From: Fidelibacterota bacterium
GTDB lineage: Bacteria; Fidelibacterota; UBA2242
DNA length: 64,000 nucleotides
Assembly: GCA_011046365.1 (NCBI GenBank)
Contig: DSAS01000047.1
Span: forward strand, 590-64,589
Direction: 5' to 3'
This document shows positions 38,047 through 47,989 of this stretch, piece after piece (the first letter of the stretch is position 1; the number at the start of each line of letters is the position of its first letter). The notes under the pieces were generated by a model. The model was given only the letters and a program-made list of their open reading frames with translations. It ran no database searches and was not told the origin of the DNA. Both the position numbers and the translations under genes were made by a program.

Positions 38047-39339
38047 TTATTTCAGCGGCTCCCATTCTTCGCTTAGGATTTTAAACTCCCGGTAGTCCCG
38101 GGGGTGCCCTTTGATCCGCAGGGTCTTGAGACCCCTGTCGGAATAGTGATCGGAATAGTAGTCCTGTCTGAAAGAAACGGTCCACTGCTTTGGAATCCGG
38201 CTGCTGATCTTTACACCGGAGATGTGGACTTTGATATCATTGGATTGCCATAAAACACGCCGTTTATAGGCTGACCAGGTGTCGAAAGAGGGGTATTCCC
38301 GGGATGAAAAAGTGGAATCATAGTGTGCCAGATACCGATCAACAGAACCGCTCTGCCAGTCGCTCAGCCAGCGGTCGAGGAACTTAGCCACTGCGTCTGA
38401 AACATACAGTTGGGGCGTCAGAGGTATAAAATCTTCGCTGATGATTTGCCAGACCGAATCCGCCCAGATCAGTTGCAAGGTTTTCAGTCCCCGACTGTAA
38501 AAGGTCGGACAGAGATATTCCTGCAGGAAACTGGCGCGAGCCTCGTAGTCCGATTGTAAGAGCCAGAGTTTGTCAATGGAGACAGCTTTCCAGGCGTAGA
38601 GAGTCTCGAGGTTCTTTTTATTGTTTAAATAGGCTGACTTGTTCTTCCATGATCTGGTTTTGAAATGCTCAGAAATCAGGGAGGCGAATTTGTCCAGATC
38701 GCCCTTTTCCCAAAAATATGCCCAGTGGTTAATCAACGAATCGGTCAGATTAAATTTTAGATATTCGTCGTTAGCGGGACTTTTATGATAAAGGCTGTCA
38801 ACGATAATCACCAGCGTCTGTTGCAGGGTAATATAGTCAGCCAGTTGTAATAATTTACCATTTTCCAAGGAGATACAGCCCTCGGTTTGCCGATCAACGA
38901 TGGCTTCATCCCGACCATGGATCCAGATATTGGAACCGTTATGATTCCGGATTTGGTCCACCAGATTCGGGTAGTCCAGAACGAAGGCGACCGGTCCGTA
39001 TTTTTCCGGCAGCTGTTCACCGGGTATGGAGGAGACAATCCGATAGATTCCCTCGGGTGTTTTCTGATCGCCCTCTTTCTCCTTGTTGCCGTCAACTTTA
39101 CCGGTGGTGATCCGGAAGGTATCCACGATCTGGATTTGCGACGGAGCATTGCTGTTGAGGACAAAAAGATGCTGTTGTGATTTATCTACCAGCAGCACAA
39201 AGGGAACCGAATCGGCGGAGATATTTTTTATGTAAAGTCCCAGCTCGTCAGCCGGAGTGACCAATGGAATACCGAGGTAGATCCAGCAACAGAGACTTAA
39301 GATAGTGCAATTTCGGAGAAATTTTTTCATAGTAAACAA
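38047..39339 (-). CDS. L,D-transpeptidase (YkuD domain) with C-terminal extension
   Basis: Signal peptide and catalytic region QKTPEGIYRI...SNIWIHGRDE...TEGCISLEN (the His / TxGC motif of the YkuD fold). Confidence 0.75.
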   Translation of the reverse strand: MFTMKKFLRNCTILSLCCWIYLGIPLVTPADELGLYIKNISADSVPFVLLVDKSQQHLFVLNSNAPSQIQIVDTFRITTGKVDGNKEKEGDQKTPEGIYRIVSSIPGEQLPEKYGPVAFVLDYPNLVDQIRNHNGSNIWIHGRDEAIVDRQTEGCISLENGKLLQLADYITLQQTLVIIVDSLYHKSPANDEYLKFNLTDSLINHWAYFWEKGDLDKFASLISEHFKTRSWKNKSAYLNNKKNLETLYAWKAVSIDKLWLLQSDYEARASFLQEYLCPTFYSRGLKTLQLIWADSVWQIISEDFIPLTPQLYVSDAVAKFLDRWLSDWQSGSVDRYLAHYDSTFSSREYPSFDTWSAYKRRVLWQSNDIKVHISGVKISSRIPKQWTVSFRQDYYSDHYSDRGLKTLRIKGHPRDYREFKILSEEWEPLK

Positions 39340-39399
39340 AGTTTCAACCAGCTGCGAAATTATATAAATCCGGGCTATTATAAAAGCATTTCCAGCTGT

Positions 39400-40353
39400 T
39401 TATTTCAGGGAGGCTGTTTTTAACTGGTAGATTCCGCACCAAAGGGCTGCCGCCAGCCGCAGCCGGATGATCCGGTTTGAAAATGGATAGGGTAAGAGAT
39501 GATACAGAGCGGTTAAAAAGTAGCGTGAAAAGTCAGAAATTACCAATTTTCCGATGAGTTTCTTGGCAATGCCGCGCAGCGATTTTGACGGAAAGATAAA
39601 TGAAAAGCTGTAGAGTTTGTCAAACTCCGGGTGCTTTTGAACCAAATAGGGAACGACCTCTCTGCCGAATGTCTCAACATTTTTTAAAACCTTATTAAAA
39701 GGGCGGTAATGGTGGTGGACCACTTTAATATGGGGTGCGTAGTACAGCCCTTCGGGATATTTCTGCCAGAGCCGGTAGGCGAATTCCGTGTCTTCGCCGC
39801 CGTATCTGGTGATCTGATCGTCAAAAAGACCCACCTGATCAAGAGTCTTTTTTTTAACGGAGGTACAATTAAAAAGGAAAACGGTAAAGGGAAGCGGAGA
39901 ATCGGCGGGATATTTTTTGGCTCCCCGCCGTGACCTATACAGATATTTTTGATATTTGTCATTCGGGAATTCTGGGGCAGGTAAAAGGTCGGAAACAACA
40001 CCCTGCACCATTGGATTTTGATGAAGTTTCACGTGAGATTCAATAAAATCGGTTGTTACTTCCATATCGGCATCCAGAAAAATGATAATATTGCCTTTTG
40101 AGTGGGCGATTCCGGTATTGCGGGCAGCAGCCAAACCCCGGTTTTTGTTGTGAGTGTAAATATGAACGTTGTCTGCCAGCGACAGGGATTCTAATAAATC
40201 AACGGTATTATCCGTGGAGCCATCATCAACAATGATTATTTCGAAAGCCTTTTCAGAGTAGTTTTGCACTTGAACCGAACGAATACAGGTTCTAATCGTA
40301 CCTTGAGCATTGTAAGCCGGGATAATGATGGAGATATAGGGTCTATTGTTCAT
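39400..40353 (-). CDS. Family 2 glycosyltransferase
   Basis: SIIIPAYNAQGTI...IVDDGSTDNT...FLDADME DxD motifs. Confidence 0.85.
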   Translation of the reverse strand: MNNRPYISIIIPAYNAQGTIRTCIRSVQVQNYSEKAFEIIIVDDGSTDNTVDLLESLSLADNVHIYTHNKNRGLAAARNTGIAHSKGNIIIFLDADMEVTTDFIESHVKLHQNPMVQGVVSDLLPAPEFPNDKYQKYLYRSRRGAKKYPADSPLPFTVFLFNCTSVKKKTLDQVGLFDDQITRYGGEDTEFAYRLWQKYPEGLYYAPHIKVVHHHYRPFNKVLKNVETFGREVVPYLVQKHPEFDKLYSFSFIFPSKSLRGIAKKLIGKLVISDFSRYFLTALYHLLPYPFSNRIIRLRLAAALWCGIYQLKTASLK

Positions 40354-41110
40354 TTTTGTGATATACTGCCAGGCAGGTGTTTTTTATTCTCTGGATTGGG
40401 AAACTGCCAGACAGATGATTCAGGTAATCGGTTACCGGTTCACCCGGGATGCCGAAGTAGTCGTGCCAGATTAAAAAGCCGCCCGCCTTCAGCATTTTCA
40501 GCGCATTTGCGGTATCGCTTTGAATATAGGGGGCGTTATGGTTTCCATCAACAAAGACCAAATCCACGGCATTAAAGTATGGACTAAAATCAAATTTCAG
40601 GGAATCGCCAAATAATTGGGTAATACCGCTGGTTGTATACCGGGAGATATAGTAACCGGGACGTCGCAGCGCCAGGAATTCCTTATTATCCGGATCGTGG
40701 GAATAGTCCTGAACCTTTTCAGGAGGCAGATCGAGGGTGTAAATGTGACACTGGTCCGGGAGTTGACTATTAAACATCATATGAGCTGCCGCGCAGCCGT
40801 CAAAGGTGCCGATTTCGAAGATAGATTTTATCGGGTAACATTTGACTATTGAGGAGAGGAACACTAATTCCCGGGTCGAAAGCCCTCCGGTTATCTCTTC
40901 CGTCAGCACTTTAACCGAGGTTGGATGCTGCCGGCAATCGGGAAAAACGTCCCAGAACTTTCGGACCGGCAGACCGATTTTGCGTTGGTTATAATATTCC
41001 AGGCGACAGGCACCGAGATATTTTTTTACGGAATCTATACCTGAAATCCAGAGTATTATGGTCGCTAGGTCAAAATATTTTAATCCGGATATGATCTTCC
41101 TAATTTTCAT
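40343..41110 (-). CDS. Class I SAM-dependent methyltransferase (sugar O-methyltransferase-like)
   Basis: FEIGTFDGCAA glycine-rich SAM motif and a VFVDGNH acidic-loop region. Sits within the polysaccharide cluster. Confidence 0.65.
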   Translation of the reverse strand: MKIRKIISGLKYFDLATIILWISGIDSVKKYLGACRLEYYNQRKIGLPVRKFWDVFPDCRQHPTSVKVLTEEITGGLSTRELVFLSSIVKCYPIKSIFEIGTFDGCAAAHMMFNSQLPDQCHIYTLDLPPEKVQDYSHDPDNKEFLALRRPGYYISRYTTSGITQLFGDSLKFDFSPYFNAVDLVFVDGNHNAPYIQSDTANALKMLKAGGFLIWHDYFGIPGEPVTDYLNHLSGSFPIQRIKNTCLAVYHKNEQ

Positions 41111-41141
41111 TGATTCGTTCCAAAATAACTAAGAAAAGATA

Positions 41142-41873
41142 CTAAGTTGTATGACATTTCTTTGCCACGACAACAATATTTAAATACAGGTCTTTGTTCT
41201 TCGGCAACAAGCGAGACAGTACGACACCTATGCAATTTGACGGGGAAATAAAAAATGGTATACAAAATTTTTGTAACAATTTTAATTTGGGAAACAACTT
41301 TTTATAAAAATAATTGTTCCATATTTGAAAAACAGTCTCAATGTACCCGGTAGTTTTAAATAGCTCTAAAACAATAAAACCATGTGTTTCCAAAGTATGT
41401 CTGATACCAAAACTTGTATATCTCCCGAAGTCATGTGGTTGCTCATGCTCTTCCTATACAAATGGCAATGTTAAGAGAAGGTAGCCGTCAGGTTTTAAAA
41501 TACGGTTGAGCTCCTTCACTATGTCTGCAAGATTGAAAACATGTTCAAACACTTCAATACTTAAGATACTATCAAATGAATTATTTTTAAAAGGAATAGT
41601 TATCCCATCATAATATAAATCAATTCTTTCCTTGGAATGATCATGTCCGCGTTGATATATTTCTATTCCAATAAAAATTTTGGGATTAAACAAATGTTCA
41701 TAGGAACGGTTACCACAGCCAAAATCCAAGACTTTTCCACTAAGATACCGGCTGTTTTTACGCAAACCTTTGATTAATCCTTTTTTAACAAAGTAGTATG
41801 GATTGAGAAAAATTGATAAAATACCGGGATCCAGAGCCTCTTTTTTTAATTTTTTCAAAATATTTATGCGCAT
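41142..41873 (-). pseudogene. Class I SAM-dependent methyltransferase (type 11) interrupted by an in-frame TAG (41454-41456)
   Basis: Track ORFs 41454..41873 (...LDFGCGNRSYE...LKPDGYLLLTLPFV*) and 41142..41393 are in the same frame. My translation across the gap gives PFV-TAG-EEHEQPHDFGRYTSFGIRHTLETHGFIV..., one continuous methyltransferase of about 243 aa broken by a single amber codon. Confidence 0.6.
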
Positions 41874-41885
41874 AATGTGATTAGC

Positions 41886-42941
41886 CTAATTAGTCAGAAA
41901 TGATTCAAAATTATCCACACAATCGTCCCATGAGTACAGACTTATGGTTGAAATCGCCTCCTTGACTAGTGGATGGATATTAAGAGGTTTGTCTAATAAA
42001 TTTTTTATTATTTCAATCATTTTTTTACGGTCGCCGGGATTGGTCAGTAAGCCGTTTTGGGGGTGTCTTATAAATTCCATAAGTCCCTTATTTCGATAAG
42101 CTACAATCGCACAGCCGCACGCCATAGCCTCCATGACTGGTAAGCCCCAGCCTTCCCAGTAACTGGTGTGCAGGAAGATTTTTGTTGAATTGTACAATTT
42201 TCGGAGCGTATCAATGTCCGGTCTGATATGAACATCAACCCAGGCTGGTATGCAATGGTATGGTCTGCGGGACGAAATTAGAATTGCCGTTAATTTTGGA
42301 AATTTTTTCTTTAACTCTTTTAAAATATAAAGCGTGTCTCCGGCACCTTTGATTTTTGCCGGATGATAGACGACTGCCAGATCTGTGGAACGCTCGATAT
42401 ATTCCTGCTCGAGATAGAATTCATTGGCGTTGACCGCGTTACCAAGCGGTCCGTAAGCGGTCTCATTCAGGGCTTGAAATTCGTCAATTATCCAGCCGGA
42501 TATGGCGATTTTCTTCAAAGGCAGATGGTAGGTCTTCAGCACTGCCTGTCGGTTTTTGAAATAGGTCTCGAAGCTCTGTAGGAGGTAAAATTTGCGTCCC
42601 TTTTCAGCCGCTAAATGACAAACAGGTTCGGCGGTCTGCCACCCAACGGCGATGACTGCGTCGGCGTCGGGCAGATATTTATCGCAGATTTTATTCACGG
42701 TTAGAACCACTACTTCCGGAATCGGCGTGTAGTAAAGTTCCGGACGGTTACCGGTTACCCGGTCGTAAGACCGAATCAAAGATTTTTTCAGCCTGTAGAG
42801 CAGATTCGTCTGCAAACGGAGCGGATAAATCAGAGTGACCTGATGCCCCCGTTCAGCCAGCCGGTTGGCGTATTCATGCACCACCTTGACGCCCCCCATG
42901 GGCACGGTAATAAATCCCGGTAAGACGAAAGTAATGCGCAT
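41886..42941 (-). CDS. Family 4 (GT-B) glycosyltransferase
   Basis: EGWGLPVMEAMACGCAIVA motif (GT4 E-x7-E region). Confidence 0.85.
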   Translation of the reverse strand: MRITFVLPGFITVPMGGVKVVHEYANRLAERGHQVTLIYPLRLQTNLLYRLKKSLIRSYDRVTGNRPELYYTPIPEVVVLTVNKICDKYLPDADAVIAVGWQTAEPVCHLAAEKGRKFYLLQSFETYFKNRQAVLKTYHLPLKKIAISGWIIDEFQALNETAYGPLGNAVNANEFYLEQEYIERSTDLAVVYHPAKIKGAGDTLYILKELKKKFPKLTAILISSRRPYHCIPAWVDVHIRPDIDTLRKLYNSTKIFLHTSYWEGWGLPVMEAMACGCAIVAYRNKGLMEFIRHPQNGLLTNPGDRKKMIEIIKNLLDKPLNIHPLVKEAISTISLYSWDDCVDNFESFLTN

Positions 42942-42943
42942 GG

Positions 42944-44026
42944 TTACAGATTCACTCCGATTTCATGGTAATAATCATACAGCCGCCGAACGACATTGCG
43001 GTAGTCGTGATATTTTTCAACCCAGTGCCGACCCTCCGCACCCTTTTGCATGATTAAATCTGGATTTTCAATAAAGTGGCGCAGCACCTCTTTGATGTTG
43101 TCCGGTCGGATATTGATAAACGGGTGATCGGGAATAAATTTTTCATACGTATCATTCAAATATGTGGCGCTGGCGACGCCCATGGAGAGCGCTTCCAGCG
43201 AATTCATTCCATAGCCCCAGGTCAGTTCACCAACGTGATCAATGAACAGATCAGACCGGCGTTTTATCTCGATCACTTTTTCATGGGGTTGGTTTTCGAG
43301 GAGAATGAATCGTATCCCATGACTCTTTTCCAGCTCTTTACAAGTCCGGATGATCAAATCGGAGCCTTTGATGATGCGGTTGGTGGTGGCATGGCAGATG
43401 GTCAGCGGTTTATTGAGAGACTGTTTGGTATTAAAGGCTTTAACGTCATAAGGCAGAAAGAGGTATTTAAGATTGGGGTGCATGTAGACCAGATCGAGTT
43501 CGTTGGTCAGATTCAGGTCGCTGATCTTATCCAAATCCGGAATGACGCCGCGGTTGCGCAGGTCCTGACCATGATAATGGCAGATGATTTTTTTACCCTT
43601 TGCTTTCATTTTTTGGGCAAACTCGGCATTGCGGTAAAAATCTAAACCCCATTCGAAGTGATAGATATCGAAGTTTTCCAGGTCAAAATCATGGATGGCG
43701 CGGCTGATTTTCGGTTTCCAGACCAGTTCCCGCAGCCGCCAGATGGATTTCTGCCAGGTGGGTGGATTCCAGACCGGCGGATAGCCTTCAAGGTTTGTAT
43801 GAGATTCGCGTCCCTCTGTTTGACGAACCATCCAGCGCCGCATGCCGATATACCACGGTTTGGAGGCAATCAGCGGCAGGTTCAGCAGGATGTCCTCTTC
43901 ATATCCGGCGGCGGTTTTATAGAAGGTCACGAAGCGACAATAGTGCCCGTTCAACTCGTGGGCTTTTTTCCAGTAGGAGAGAATCCCCACTGTATTTTCG
44001 GGTGATATATAGAGAATTTTCAGCAT
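42944..44026 (-). CDS. Putative GT-B fold glycosyltransferase
   Basis: 360 aa. The C-terminal half resembles a GT-B nucleotide-binding domain (ICHATTNRIIKGSDL...GYGMNSLEALSMGVASAT). The assignment is weaker than for its neighbours. Confidence 0.55.
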   Translation of the reverse strand: MLKILYISPENTVGILSYWKKAHELNGHYCRFVTFYKTAAGYEEDILLNLPLIASKPWYIGMRRWMVRQTEGRESHTNLEGYPPVWNPPTWQKSIWRLRELVWKPKISRAIHDFDLENFDIYHFEWGLDFYRNAEFAQKMKAKGKKIICHYHGQDLRNRGVIPDLDKISDLNLTNELDLVYMHPNLKYLFLPYDVKAFNTKQSLNKPLTICHATTNRIIKGSDLIIRTCKELEKSHGIRFILLENQPHEKVIEIKRRSDLFIDHVGELTWGYGMNSLEALSMGVASATYLNDTYEKFIPDHPFINIRPDNIKEVLRHFIENPDLIMQKGAEGRHWVEKYHDYRNVVRRLYDYYHEIGVNL

Positions 44027-45156
44027 TTCAGTAATGTTTCATAAATGGCGAAAAGCCGTTTTTCCATGACTGCCCAATTGTATTTTTCCCGGACAATGCG
44101 ATGACCGTTCATCCCCATCTCAACCCGCTTTTCAGGATGAGCCAAGAGATTATTTAATACCCGGGCGATATTTTCAGGAGTCACCGGATCCACGATTGCA
44201 CCGGCGCCGCTGCGCTCCACATAATACTCGATGGACGGTACCCGGCAGCCCAGCACCGGAATTCCCATCGCCATGAATTCAAAGGGTTTAATCTGCAGCG
44301 AGTGCCGGAACGATTTGTTGGGGGTCAGGGCTGAGATGCCGATGCAGGCGGGTGCTAAGAGAGCCGGAACCGACTCATAGGGAATCGGCTGGCGGAGCTC
44401 TACCACATCCTGTAACCGGTATTTCCGAATAATGTCCTTCAGTACGGCGGCATATTCCCCGGATGCCCTGCCGACGATGAGCAGTTTGGCGTCGGGAAAG
44501 CGGGACTTGACGAATTGCATTGCCTGAATCATCAATTCGATTTTCCGGGCGGGGACCAGCTGCCCGTGATACAGGATCAGCGGATTCTTTTTACGCCCGA
44601 CGTCCGTATTTTGTCCGCTCCAGAATGAGATATCCGGGTAGTTGTAGAGTTTGGCAAAGCGCTTTTTAAATGGATGAAACCAGGGTGCAATAAAAATTGT
44701 TGCGACGATATAGTCCATGAACGCCGCACAGATCAGCTCCAGCGCATGCGCCAGAAAACCGGGGATGACGGTAATCCATTTTGAGTGACGCGAGAAATCA
44801 ATAAAGTACCAGAAGATGGTTTCATGGGCGTCGTAGATGACTTTGCGTTTGTACTTGAATTTCAAAAACAGTGCAAAGGGCAGGAATTCGAATTCATGGA
44901 AATGGTATAAATCAGCCTTTTCGTTTTTTGCCAATTGATAAGCCAGATAGGGAGTTTTCAAAACGCCGGCTTTTTGAAACGATTTGTATTTCACACCGTA
45001 TTGCGGGTCCGGCGGCGGATATTCGGGCGCAATCACAGTAATGTTCGAATATTTTTTCTTCAGGGACAGAATCTCCTTGTAAAATATCCGGTCGTCGGTG
45101 GGCTGGTGCCCGAGGGTAACATGACAGATTGAGCGCTTCGGTATCATGGATTTCAT
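44020..45156 (-). CDS. Family 4 (GT-B) glycosyltransferase
   Basis: FMAMGIPVLGCRVPSIEYYVERSGAGAIVDP motif. 7-nt overlap with the downstream gene. Confidence 0.85.
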   Translation of the reverse strand: MKSMIPKRSICHVTLGHQPTDDRIFYKEILSLKKKYSNITVIAPEYPPPDPQYGVKYKSFQKAGVLKTPYLAYQLAKNEKADLYHFHEFEFLPFALFLKFKYKRKVIYDAHETIFWYFIDFSRHSKWITVIPGFLAHALELICAAFMDYIVATIFIAPWFHPFKKRFAKLYNYPDISFWSGQNTDVGRKKNPLILYHGQLVPARKIELMIQAMQFVKSRFPDAKLLIVGRASGEYAAVLKDIIRKYRLQDVVELRQPIPYESVPALLAPACIGISALTPNKSFRHSLQIKPFEFMAMGIPVLGCRVPSIEYYVERSGAGAIVDPVTPENIARVLNNLLAHPEKRVEMGMNGHRIVREKYNWAVMEKRLFAIYETLLKC

Positions 45157-46602
45157 TTAAAAAGGGAACAGCGATTTCAAGCTTTTCAGTTCGCTTTTAT
45201 TAAAAAAACCGAACATGTACAACACCAGCGGAAAGACCACAATCATACCAATTCTTAGCAGCCCGCTGATGTCCAGGAAGTACCTGGAAAAACCAACGAC
45301 AAGAGCCAGGATGAGGATCATGAAAAAGCGGAAATAATCGTAAGGAACTTTGAAAAACTTCTGGGAAATAAAGTGAGTTGCGGCTGCCTGAATGATGTAT
45401 CCGATCAGCGATGCGACAGCTGATCCCACAATGCCCCAGAGAGGGATCAAGACCAGATTGGCAGCGATATTTACGACAGCAGCGACGACGGTGATATATG
45501 CCATAAAGCGGGTTTTCTTTTCAAAATAGATACCCGGGAGGAAGATCAGATTGATACCCTGAAAAACATAGCCCAGCAGAATCCAGGGGATCATCGGCTC
45601 ACAGGCGGTATACTGCGGACCAATCAGGTAGACACCGCCGATATGGAAACGGACAATTTCCGGCATAAACAGGGTCAGGATTATCCAGAAAGTCAGGGCG
45701 ACCAGGGAAAAATATTTCAGAATTCTGGTGAAGAGAATTTTCGATTCATCGCCGGGTCCGGCTTTCAGGAAAAAGGGCTGCCAGGCATAGAAAAAAGCCG
45801 TCGAGAGGAGTAACATGAAAATCCCCAATTTATACCCGGCGCTGAAAATACCAACCGCTGCCAGACCGAGATAGGCTTCCACGATATAGCGGTTCATCAT
45901 TTCCATCGCGGCGGTTGCCAGTCCTACCGGAATAAAGGGCAACCCAAACAACAACAGTTCGGATGCCAGCGAGCCATCGAAGGTTTTCCGAATCCGAGAC
46001 AACAGAAGCAGGTAGAGGATCGCCGCGGTTGCCGCGGAAGCGATGATATTGCTCTGAAAAATGCCGATAACACCCACTTTCCGGATTGCTACCAGATAAA
46101 TGTTCAGCCCCAGGGTGATCAGGACATTGATTAAGCGGACACCCAGAAAAGTAAAAGGTTTGCTCTCCGTGCGAAGCAGTGCGAAGGGAACCCGGGCGAT
46201 ACAGTCGAAAAACAGAATCGCAGCGGCGTAGATAATAAATAGCTCTTTGTTTGAACCGGGCAATAACAGACCGGCGATGGGTCGGCGGGTCAGCCAGATC
46301 AGCAATGAGAGGACACAGCTGCTCAGCAGCGCCATCCAGGCAGCCGTGGAGAGAACGCTTTCGCGTCGGTTTTGATACTCTTCATCCTCATAGTAACGCA
46401 TAAAGGCGGAATCGAGACCGTAGTTATAGATGTGATTCAGAAAAGCCGTAAAGGCAAAGACGAGAATCGCCAGTCCGTAATCAGCCGGCGCCAGGATATT
46501 TGTATAAACCGGCAGGAGCAGGAAAGTAATAAAGCGGGTCGCTACGGTGCCGAATCCATAGACAATGGTCTGTTTGGTAAGGGAGCGGATATTTGCCGCC
46601 AT
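45157..46602 (-). CDS. Wzx-type polysaccharide/O-unit flippase (MOP superfamily)
   Basis: 481 aa, about 12-14 TM helices, with the N-terminus KQTIVYGFGTVATRFITFLLLPVYTNIL typical of Wzx/polysaccharide biosynthesis proteins. Confidence 0.85.
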   Translation of the reverse strand: MAANIRSLTKQTIVYGFGTVATRFITFLLLPVYTNILAPADYGLAILVFAFTAFLNHIYNYGLDSAFMRYYEDEEYQNRRESVLSTAAWMALLSSCVLSLLIWLTRRPIAGLLLPGSNKELFIIYAAAILFFDCIARVPFALLRTESKPFTFLGVRLINVLITLGLNIYLVAIRKVGVIGIFQSNIIASAATAAILYLLLLSRIRKTFDGSLASELLLFGLPFIPVGLATAAMEMMNRYIVEAYLGLAAVGIFSAGYKLGIFMLLLSTAFFYAWQPFFLKAGPGDESKILFTRILKYFSLVALTFWIILTLFMPEIVRFHIGGVYLIGPQYTACEPMIPWILLGYVFQGINLIFLPGIYFEKKTRFMAYITVVAAVVNIAANLVLIPLWGIVGSAVASLIGYIIQAAATHFISQKFFKVPYDYFRFFMILILALVVGFSRYFLDISGLLRIGMIVVFPLVLYMFGFFNKSELKSLKSLFPF

Positions 46603-46615
46603 TATCTTGCCCGAT

Positions 46616-47590
46616 CTATAGTCGTTTTTCCATGGCTTTACGGATCATGTTGCGGCTGCCGAAGTGCTCTTTAAAGAGGATCAGCGATTTACTGGGGGTC
46701 AACGGATTCTCGGCTAAGGGCAGTTGCGAAACACCGAAATCGAGAAAGCGGAAGCCTGCGCTGTGTGCCCAGCGCATGGTTTCCCAGATTTGCAGCGACG
46801 CCGGCTGTAATTCCGGATGACTGTCGTCTACCATATTGTAAAAAATGATCACCACCCGGTCGTTGGCGGTAAAATTCAGAGTGCCGCCGATGGGTTTGTT
46901 TTGATAATAACACATCAGCAGATTCAGCTGCCCGGGGAAAAGCTGGTCGAGTTTTTTCAATTCCTCCAGAGAATGGGTAGGCTGGACGCCATGCTTGGCT
47001 TTATTACGGACCAGAATCGGATAGTATTCATCGTAGTTTTTATTCCACTCCAGTCGCAGATCGGGATTTTCCGGCAGGTTGCGGATATAACGGCGTTTGC
47101 GTTTGTTGATACGGTTGAGTAGGTCTTCTGCGGTTCCGCTCAGTTCGATGAAGCTGGAGATATAGGTTTCGATGGTGGCGAATTGTCTCCAAAGCAGTGC
47201 ATATTCCAGCGTTTCGTCGTAATGTTTAAAGTAGAGCACCGGTGTGGGCACGAAGAAGATTCGCCGGAACTGCCGAGTTCGGCAATAGGATTCAAAAATT
47301 TCCAGAATCCGGTCGGCGTCGCCATAGCCCAAAACCCCGGTTACAAAGCCGCCGTAGCTGGCACCCGGATGAGAGTGCAGTACCTTTTCACCGTCAATGG
47401 TCCGCTCGGCAGCCGGAAAGAGTGCGATAATGCGGTTTTTCTTTTTAATGATCAATGAATGATCATTAAATGTCCGACCGATATGGTAGGTTAAAAATTT
47501 ACGATAGTGAAACAGATTGCCGTTATTCGATTCTCTGACGAAACGGTCCCACTCTTTCTGATGATCCCGGGTGTAGCGAAATATCTGCAC
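46616..47590 (-). CDS. FemAB-like / GNAT-fold acyltransferase (polysaccharide- or peptidoglycan-modifying)
   Basis: 324 aa with a duplicated GNAT-like architecture resembling FemAB-related proteins, at the upstream end of the polysaccharide gene block. Confidence 0.5.
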   Translation of the reverse strand: MQIFRYTRDHQKEWDRFVRESNNGNLFHYRKFLTYHIGRTFNDHSLIIKKKNRIIALFPAAERTIDGEKVLHSHPGASYGGFVTGVLGYGDADRILEIFESYCRTRQFRRIFFVPTPVLYFKHYDETLEYALLWRQFATIETYISSFIELSGTAEDLLNRINKRKRRYIRNLPENPDLRLEWNKNYDEYYPILVRNKAKHGVQPTHSLEELKKLDQLFPGQLNLLMCYYQNKPIGGTLNFTANDRVVIIFYNMVDDSHPELQPASLQIWETMRWAHSAGFRFLDFGVSQLPLAENPLTPSKSLILFKEHFGSRNMIRKAMEKRL

Positions 47591-47713
47591 GAAAATCCTC
47601 TCCTTGCGTTGCTGCGGAAATTAACGCTTATCTGGTTGAATTACAAACGGTGGTAATTCTGCTGGTAATGCCGGCACTGGACCAAGTTCGGCGGGCTGAG
47701 AACCTTGTAATCT

Positions 47714-47971
47714 TTAACGTTTGATGGGGAGATCAATCAGTTTGGCGGAGACACCTGCCAGCAGATTCAGTTTACGGACGAGTTCCTTATGCTTTTCGGC
47801 GTCGCCGACCATTTCCAGAATAATGGAGCCGACATCGGAACATTCATCGAGAACACCCTCGTGCAGTCCCAGGCGGGTTTTAATCAGGCAGCCCCACTCG
47901 GTCAGAATTTTCTGAACGGTAACCGCCTCGTTTTGGCGTTTGTTGACAACGATAATGACGAAACTTTTCAT
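47714..47971 (-). CDS. Small ACT/ferredoxin-fold regulatory protein (TM1266 / 'iron-only hydrogenase system regulator' family-like)
   Basis: 85 aa with beta-alpha-beta-beta-alpha-beta pattern: MKSFVIIVVNKRQNEAVTVQKILTEWGCLIKTRLGLHEGV...SIILEMVGDAEKHKELVRKLNLLAGVSAKLI. The family call is from memory and unverified. Confidence 0.4.
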   Translation of the reverse strand: MKSFVIIVVNKRQNEAVTVQKILTEWGCLIKTRLGLHEGVLDECSDVGSIILEMVGDAEKHKELVRKLNLLAGVSAKLIDLPIKR

Positions 47972-47989
47972 GTTTACTAACTCCGGGTT

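Noticed and set aside
41394-41456. TAG as a reassigned sense codon (alternative genetic code), explaining the methyltransferase interruption
   Set aside because: TAG terminates confidently called genes in the same window (gpmI at 5499-5501 and the TolB-like gene at 8272-8274). A global reassignment is therefore excluded.
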